Source: Hyphochytrium catenoides (taxonomy: Eukaryota; Protista; Hyphochytriomycota). Taken from it: DNA of 41,509 nt. How positions within the stretch are numbered: the first letter of the stretch is position 1; every line of letters begins with the position of its first letter. The position numbers and the translations under genes were made by a program. The DNA is taken from NCBI GenBank assembly GCA_900088475.1, contig FLMG01003944.1, forward strand, positions 1 through 41,509, in the 5' to 3' direction. Below, in pieces: positions 35,291 to 41,509 of this stretch. The notes under the pieces are model-generated. The model had not been told where the DNA came from and made no database searches. It saw only the letters and a program-made list of their open reading frames with translations.

Positions 35291-36679
35291 AAGAAGATAA
35301 AGGGAAAAATTTTTCATTGACAACAGGCTGAACAGTAGTCAAGTCCAGTAGTAGTAGTAGTTCTCCAAGTACCGTTAGTCGGGGAGTTATTACTTGTCAT
35401 TCACATTGCGCTTCACTACCGTTTTTACTCTGGGGTAAAAGTACTTGGTCACAGAAGGCCCTGTATTTGGCGGTACTTGCACACCCTTGTACTCGAGTAA
35501 AGAACAACTACAAGTACAAGTAGAACCCATCTTCCCATCTTTCATAACAAGTATATCTTATAAGTACGACTACAAGTATCTATTTATCGGTTATCGCTCC
35601 GTCTTTAGCTATGATAACTATAGGCAGTCAGAGCCTTAGATCTTTTCTTCTTGATCTTCTGAGTGTTCCTCACATCAACTGTTGATGTGATTCTGAGTTT
35701 TGCGGAGCGCGCCATCATCATCTTCAGTAGCAGCAGCACGGCGGCGCAACGCTTGGGGCACTGTTCTTTGCCATGTAGGAGCGTCACTCATCGCCATCGG
35801 TCAGCCCAGGCTTCGAGAAGAAGATCCCTCGTTGTCGCATAGAAGTAAACCTAGGATTGAAGGAAGCCGAAGAAGAGTTTAAAACAGTGATAAGTGGGCA
35901 TCCTACAATTTGCCACAGTATTTGCTGATAGTGTGTAGGGTGTAGAGGTGCAAGGACAAGAGCTTGTTGTCCCGACCTTGCCAGAAGAGGTAGAAGCGCT
36001 GGCCCCGGTAAAGGGAGCATTTCCCAGCTCAATTTTTTAGTGCCACTGCCGGAGAAGCATGCGTTATCACGTCCAGGACTCAACGAATGAAGTTTATCGG
36101 TCTACTACAGAGCCAATAAGCCGGACAGGTACGGGACGAGGAAAACCTTTATTGGCTACTGCTTCGGTTACTCGTGGGTTTGGCAAAGAGTTATTTACAA
36201 GTGCTCCGGTGCGCTAGATAACGACGGGGACTGGACTGATGAGGCTCTTGAGGAGGAGAGGCAGTCAACTGAAGACAATGATGGGACAACTGCGGAGCCC
36301 GAGGCAGAGATCGATGGTGCTGCTGGTCTCAGAGTGGCACAGAACAATGACTCGGTAGAGGTGCGTCTGTCAAAGTACGGCTCTGAACGGGGCACTATGA
36401 TCCTTCCACGTATATAGATAGAGACACAGCACGACAGAGAAAGCGAGGCGAGAGAGGAAGAGAAAACGCTTAGAGCCACAGAATGTTGAGCTAAGACAGG
36501 GAGAACCTACCGGAGCTGGTTGACAGAAGAGGCTTGGGAATTGAGGACTAGAGGCTTAGCCCTGAGCAGGCAGAGGATAAGATCGAGGTAATGGCAAGAC
36601 GAGACGAAGGGACCGGAGAGAGAGAGAGAGAACGAGTGAAAGAGGGCTCGGTGAACTTAGGAGTACTCTCTGTCTGCAG

Positions 36680-39600
36680 GACTGGCAAGACATCTTCCAG
36701 TCTTCTAAAATGGTACTTCAGTCTTCTCGCTCCAGCTGAACCCTTGTGTCTGTGCTCCTTTTCTAGCCCTTCTCATTTCAAGCTGTCAGTCTCTCAGCTT
36801 CTACTGGGTTTCTTTCCCTTTCTTACATTCGGCTGTCTCTCTTCTTCATTATTCTCTGTGGATCTTCTCCAACTGACTGCGGACTGCGCGTGGTACTTAG
36901 TTTGGCATTTTCAACTGCAGGGACTGCTTGAAAGAGTCCGCTACTTTGTTGAGGTAACTCTTCTATGTGAGGTTACGTTAGGCTGCTCGGTGGGACCGAC
37001 GGGGCCAGAGATAGGCGCAGAGAAGCCAGAGGAGAGAGAGAGGGGAGGGAAGGCATTAGAGAAAGCGAGAGGAAAGGCACAGGGACCGTGGAAGAGGGAT
37101 GAAGGACTAATAGAGAGAGAGGGAAGACAGAGTGGGCCCCGCTTGACGAACAAGGCTAGGAGGGAGACGAGGAAAGATGCTTACTTGAGGACCACACCTG
37201 CTTAAACACGCCTTGCAGGTTGAAGGTGTGGACGTGAACGGCTTGGATTACTGGAATGCCCCTCCGTTGTACTACGCTTGTCTTTGCGGACACGAGGCTC
37301 TTGTCAAATACCTCCTGGAACAAGGTACTGGGCAACTCCTCTCCCTTTATCATAGCCTTAACGGTCCTCACTCTCCTGTCAACTTTTCCTGGGGTTCCCA
37401 CTAAAGGTCCTTCTCTCTCGATCACTTTGTGTCTCTTGATAATCTCAGCAGAAGAAAAAAATCGGCTTGGCGTATACTGATCAACGCTGTTATCTTGAGC
37501 TCTTGCGCAACTATCTGACTGACCCTTTGCTTCAAGAGAAACAAGGGCATGTGGTCATCACTGCTCAAGCTCCTCTCCATTATCCTCCTTATCAATTTAA
37601 CCTTCTTCTGGACTTGTCACAGGCGCAGAGTGCGAAACTGACACTTACATTGGAGAGAGATGCCAGTACGCGGCCCTTACTCCTGACATAAAGAACCTTC
37701 TCAGGAGTTACAACGTCACGGTGGCCTATAGAGATCCCTATGCAGAGTTCTTTAGGGTCTGCTTAGAAAGTGCTGAAGACAAGACGAAGGATGTTCGCTT
37801 TATCTTTGTAAGAACGACCTCGCTGCACACTCTCTTTATAAGGGCAAAACGTCTTTCTCAGCTCTCTATGCACTTTTCAGTCCATCCTGGCTTTCAGCTG
37901 TCTTATGCGCTTTGTTTTCAATCCTTGGCCTTAGTCTTTCCTGTCGGAAGGATCTTAATTATTGCCGCTTCCTCTCTCTGGCCACGCACTCTTTGCGTCG
38001 AAACAGAGGTCTGGGGAGGCGGTCTCTGCCCACAGGGTGATCCTGGGCTCCAGGAGTACATACTTCCGGCGACTACTGGGTGGCAAGTGGAGAGACCAGG
38101 AGATAGTGCGAGTGTCGAAGTCATCCCTGAGCTTTCAAGCGTTCTCCTCACTGTAAGTGACAGATAAAGCGATCCTATTCTCTGTTCCTCCTCGCCCAGC
38201 TAGTATGAAGATTGTTTTCATTTAATCTTACATAAAAATCGACTCTTTATCTTTTCGGCTAACGTCGCACGATCAATGATCTAATGCAATATAGGCTCAG
38301 ATACCTCTACACGGCGCAAGTGGACGTTCCTGTTCATGCCATCGACTCCTTTCTTTTCCTCTTACGCAGCTGCAAAATGGTAGAGTTGGAAGAGCAAATT
38401 CTCGTGGAACAGGGAAGTCTGAAGAACTATGGCAGCAGGCTCATCTTTGAACCACGCGGGGAGAAAGATAGGATGAGGGAAGATTATTATCGCCTGGTAC
38501 GACCTTAACTTTGGCCTGTCACCTTTTTGCAACCCTACATCCTCGGTTGACTCGACTGTTAGGAGAGTGCCTTAGACTTCACCCTGACTTAGTCGTCTAA
38601 ACGTAAGCTAATTTATGCTCTCCCTACGATAGTTCTACGGAGGTTGTTCTGCTACGGTGCGGAATCGAATGAGATGTCCGGAGCCTCCCCGTGACGGGAA
38701 AGAGGGGAAGCTTGCCTTCTCTCTCCCTTATGATCTACACATCGAAGCAGGTGGACAGGTTTTCGCAGTCCATCGAGTCTTTATTCATAGATCAGACTAC
38801 TTCAAGGTGAACGAGGCCATACTCTGTTTCTTTTCTTACCCTTTGGCCTCAGTTTGGCCTCGTTGCCCTTTTCCTTATCTGGAAGACACCCTGAGCAGTC
38901 TCTCTCTCTCTTCTGTTCCTAAAATTCTTGTCTACTCTGTGTTCCTTTAGATCCTAATTGGGTTCTGTTCTCTTACTGATTCCGTGTCTCTTCACATGTC
39001 TGGGGGGATACTCTGGCTTTCTTTCGTAGGCAATGTTATCTGGTGGCTTTGCCGAAGGCAGCGCAGGAAGCGCTTCCGACCCAATCAGGATCAATGACAT
39101 CGATCCAATGGTCTTCGCCGCTACGTTAGAGTTTATTTATACCGACAGAGTGCAGAGAATTGACCCAGAACTTGTCATTGAAGTTATATGTGAGCTCTCT
39201 TTCTCTCTTCATAAACTATTCTTTCGCTATCATGCCTTCCACGCTTGTCTCTCTGTCCGGGTCATCATCTCTCGTTATGACATTGTGAAGCTGATCGGTG
39301 TTTCCTTTCTTAGAGTCATAGGACTTGGTAGCTACTGAAGCCTCTTTCGCCTCTCTTGGTGCTTCTATCTCTCTCTGTTTTTTCCTTCTTTGTCTCGTCC
39401 AGTCCCTGGTACTTCTTACCGTCGATGGGGCCTGGACACTCTTCACAAGTAGAGTCCTCTCTTTCCCGTATTACTCTGACAAACCACTTCTGCGTCCTTT
39501 TTTTCAACGTGGTCCGCAGATGCCGCCGATCGCTTTCTCTTGGAAGGGTTGAAGTCTTACGCCGTGACGGTGGCTGCTCACTGGGTAGACGGTACTAATG

Positions 39601-40529
39601 TCTTAGAAATCTATGAGATATCCAGAGCTCTCGGGCTTGTGAGGCTTGAAGAGCATTGCACGGACGTCTTGGCCATGAACCTTGAGGAACTGCTGCAGGT
39701 AGAGAGTATGACTGATGTGTCTGTGCGTGTGAGTGAGGGCGAGAAACGACAGAGAGGAGGTGGGATGGCCACGAGGGGGAGAGACCGACACCACCTCTAA
39801 GGAAAGCCGTAAAGGGACACACATTCGGAGAGAGAAAGCAGTGGGACAAGCTTTAGGCATAGATGGAGAAAGACAGGCCAAGTGAGACAGAGAAGACGCG
39901 TTTGCAGAAGACAGAAAGATGAAGGAACATGTGTAGGGTGATTGAGCACCGCATGGTGAGAGAGAGAGAGACACACACACAGAGAGAAGGAGAGAGTTGT
40001 TTTCCAACAATGGCTTTGTCTCCTCAGCTGGAAGGCTTCAAGCGCTTGATCCAAGAAAGTGCAATGTCCATTAAGAACAAGCAGGAGGTTGACTCTATTC
40101 CTGTAGTGGACGAGATCAGGTAAGTGCTCCTTCCAAACTTCTTTCATTTCTCTTCTCTTCTGTCTTTCACTTCTCTCGCTTCCGCCAACCTTGCACGTCA
40201 TCCAGTCTGATGATATCTTTTCCTCAGCATTTTTTAGCTTCGGGTTGCCGTGTCTCTCTCTTTCGTCTCTCTCTATTCTTTCCTCTCCTCTATCTGCGGG
40301 TCTCATGGTGATGTTTCTAGTCTTTCTTCCGTGGCAATGCCTCCCATTTTTTTTATTTTTTTCGTGACTATTTCTTATGGTTAACAGGGAGGCTTTGGAT
40401 CGCTTCTATGGCGGAGTGGAAGTGGAGGAGGGAGAAAGAGAGGAAGACTGGACGGAGAGACAGAAGTCCAAACAGCACCTTCTCGCAATGCTAGATGACC
40501 TCGTCACAAGCTTAGGACACGAGGCATAA
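36680..40529 (+). CDS. ABTB1: Ankyrin repeat and double BTB/POZ domain protein (ABTB1-like Cullin-3 adaptor); start codon not identified
   Basis: 11 phase-consistent exons: 36680-36712, 36921-36953, 37219-37324, 37623-37807, 38007-38152, 38295-38496, 38633-38806, 39030-39189, 39520-39698, 40028-40119, 40388-40529. Motifs: DIFQSSKMGLLERVRY, PLYYACLCGHEALVKYLL, GERCQYAAL, AHRVILGSRSTYF, LRYLYT, RSDYFKAML, AADRFLLEGLK, DSIPVVDEIR. Acidic upstream exons are likely near 36200-36360 and 36552-36587. Confidence 0.92.
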
Positions 40530-41509
40530 ACTAAAGCATCTCCAGTGGATCTGACCATGCCGTCTCTCTCTTTCTCTCTCTTCTTTCTCTCTCTTTGATC
40601 TCTTCTCTTTTTGTCTCCATCCCTCTCTCTTCTTGTGTCTCTCTTTGTATCATTCGGTCTTCTCTCTCTCTCTTCTTTCATATGCTTATGGAGCCCTGCC
40701 AGTTTCCCCTACCCTCGCTATTTCCTGACGCGCCTATCTGTGTATACATAAGACAACCGGGACTCCTCCTATGATGGGTCTCTCTCTCCCCTCACCTCAA
40801 ACTTCTCTTCACCCCTATGCTTTTGTTGATAGCATTATTATGGCAAGAAGTATGGCTGTCTCTCACTGTTTCTGCCTCTTTCCTCTTTATATGTGCCTCT
40901 CTTTGTGTGTCTGTCTCTCTCTCGCGGGTCCGTTGTCCTCCTTCCTTTCAGATGAGCTGCTACCTCTCCTCCTCCTTTGCTCTTTTTCTATTTCAAAAGC
41001 GAGACAAACCTCAAGCAAGGCTGTCCAGGCGAGGGAGAACGAGGTTGAAAAGTAAGAAGAGAGAGTGAAGATAGAAAGAACGATGGTGTCACTTCACATG
41101 GGAACACCTATAAAAAGGAAGACGTCTCGGCTGTCTGTCAGTAGAAGCGCGAGAGCTTCCTGCTTGATTCCCTCATGATGGGGCAGCTTCTTGTTTCCTG
41201 GAAGGAAGGAGAGGGAAAGAGGAGACAGGATGAAAGAAAATACAGAGAAGAGAGGAGACGGCCAGGAAGGCAAATGGTGAAGATCTGAGGCTTCAAGGGA
41301 CAGAGGAGAACTGAGCTCCATCAAGAAGAAAAGAGAGAACAAGAGACAGAGATAACAAGAGACAGAGAGCAAGGCAAAAGGAGGTTAAAATCTTGGAAGA
41401 GAGAGACAACGAAGAGGAAGGGATCCTATGGCATAGGATCTGACACTCAACCCCACGTGCATGTGCAGCAGCAGGACAGAGAGAGAGAGAGAGAGGTAGA
41501 GAGAGAGAG

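Noticed and set aside
36591-36921. Non-canonical GG-AG or GC-GG intron joining SVCRT to GLLERVRY in ABTB1
   Set aside because: A canonical 33-nt exon (36680-36712, DWQDIFQSSKM) in another frame fits the family better and uses GT-AG.
41094-41197. Possible last exon of a minus-strand gene entering from beyond the window (GNKKLPHHEGIKQEALALL..)
   Set aside because: The acceptor and purine skew are compatible, but it is too short and has no recognisable motif.
1-41509. Alternative genetic code (TAA/TAG = Gln or TGA = Trp) to explain the in-frame stops
   Set aside because: Six long genes have no internal stops, use CAA/CAG and TGG normally, and end in TAA, TAG or TGA at sensible positions.
1-41509. 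tRNA, rRNA, CRISPR arrays, telomeric repeats, prokaryotic operons
   Set aside because: None was recognisable by eye. A tRNAscan-SE/Infernal run would be needed to exclude small RNAs.

Overview
Eukaryotic nuclear DNA with GT-AG introns and the standard code, probably from a flagellated stramenopile-like protist (inferred from the gene families). The window has two compartments. (1) About 1-9.5 kb is intron-free and rich in trinucleotide repeats. It holds one intact Cys-rich, putatively GPI-anchored surface-protein gene, two broken paralogues of it, and three co-oriented remnants of a CRE-like (RLE) non-LTR retrotransposon ending in (TAG)n. (2) About 10-41.5 kb is gene-dense and intron-rich. 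It holds a 15-finger CCCH (WRKY19-like) Zn-finger gene, a multi-exon gene that splices into a Wntless/TMEM181-like 8-TM domain fused to a class-3 lipase (the most interesting item), an LRR + FAM194-like gene, an intron-containing gene with several in-frame stops, an intronless 4-finger Zn-finger gene, a possible pogo-like remnant and an ABTB1-like ankyrin-BTB gene. Gene models were spliced by hand and checked for phase. Family assignments rest on remembered motifs, not on searches. Four N gaps limit certainty.
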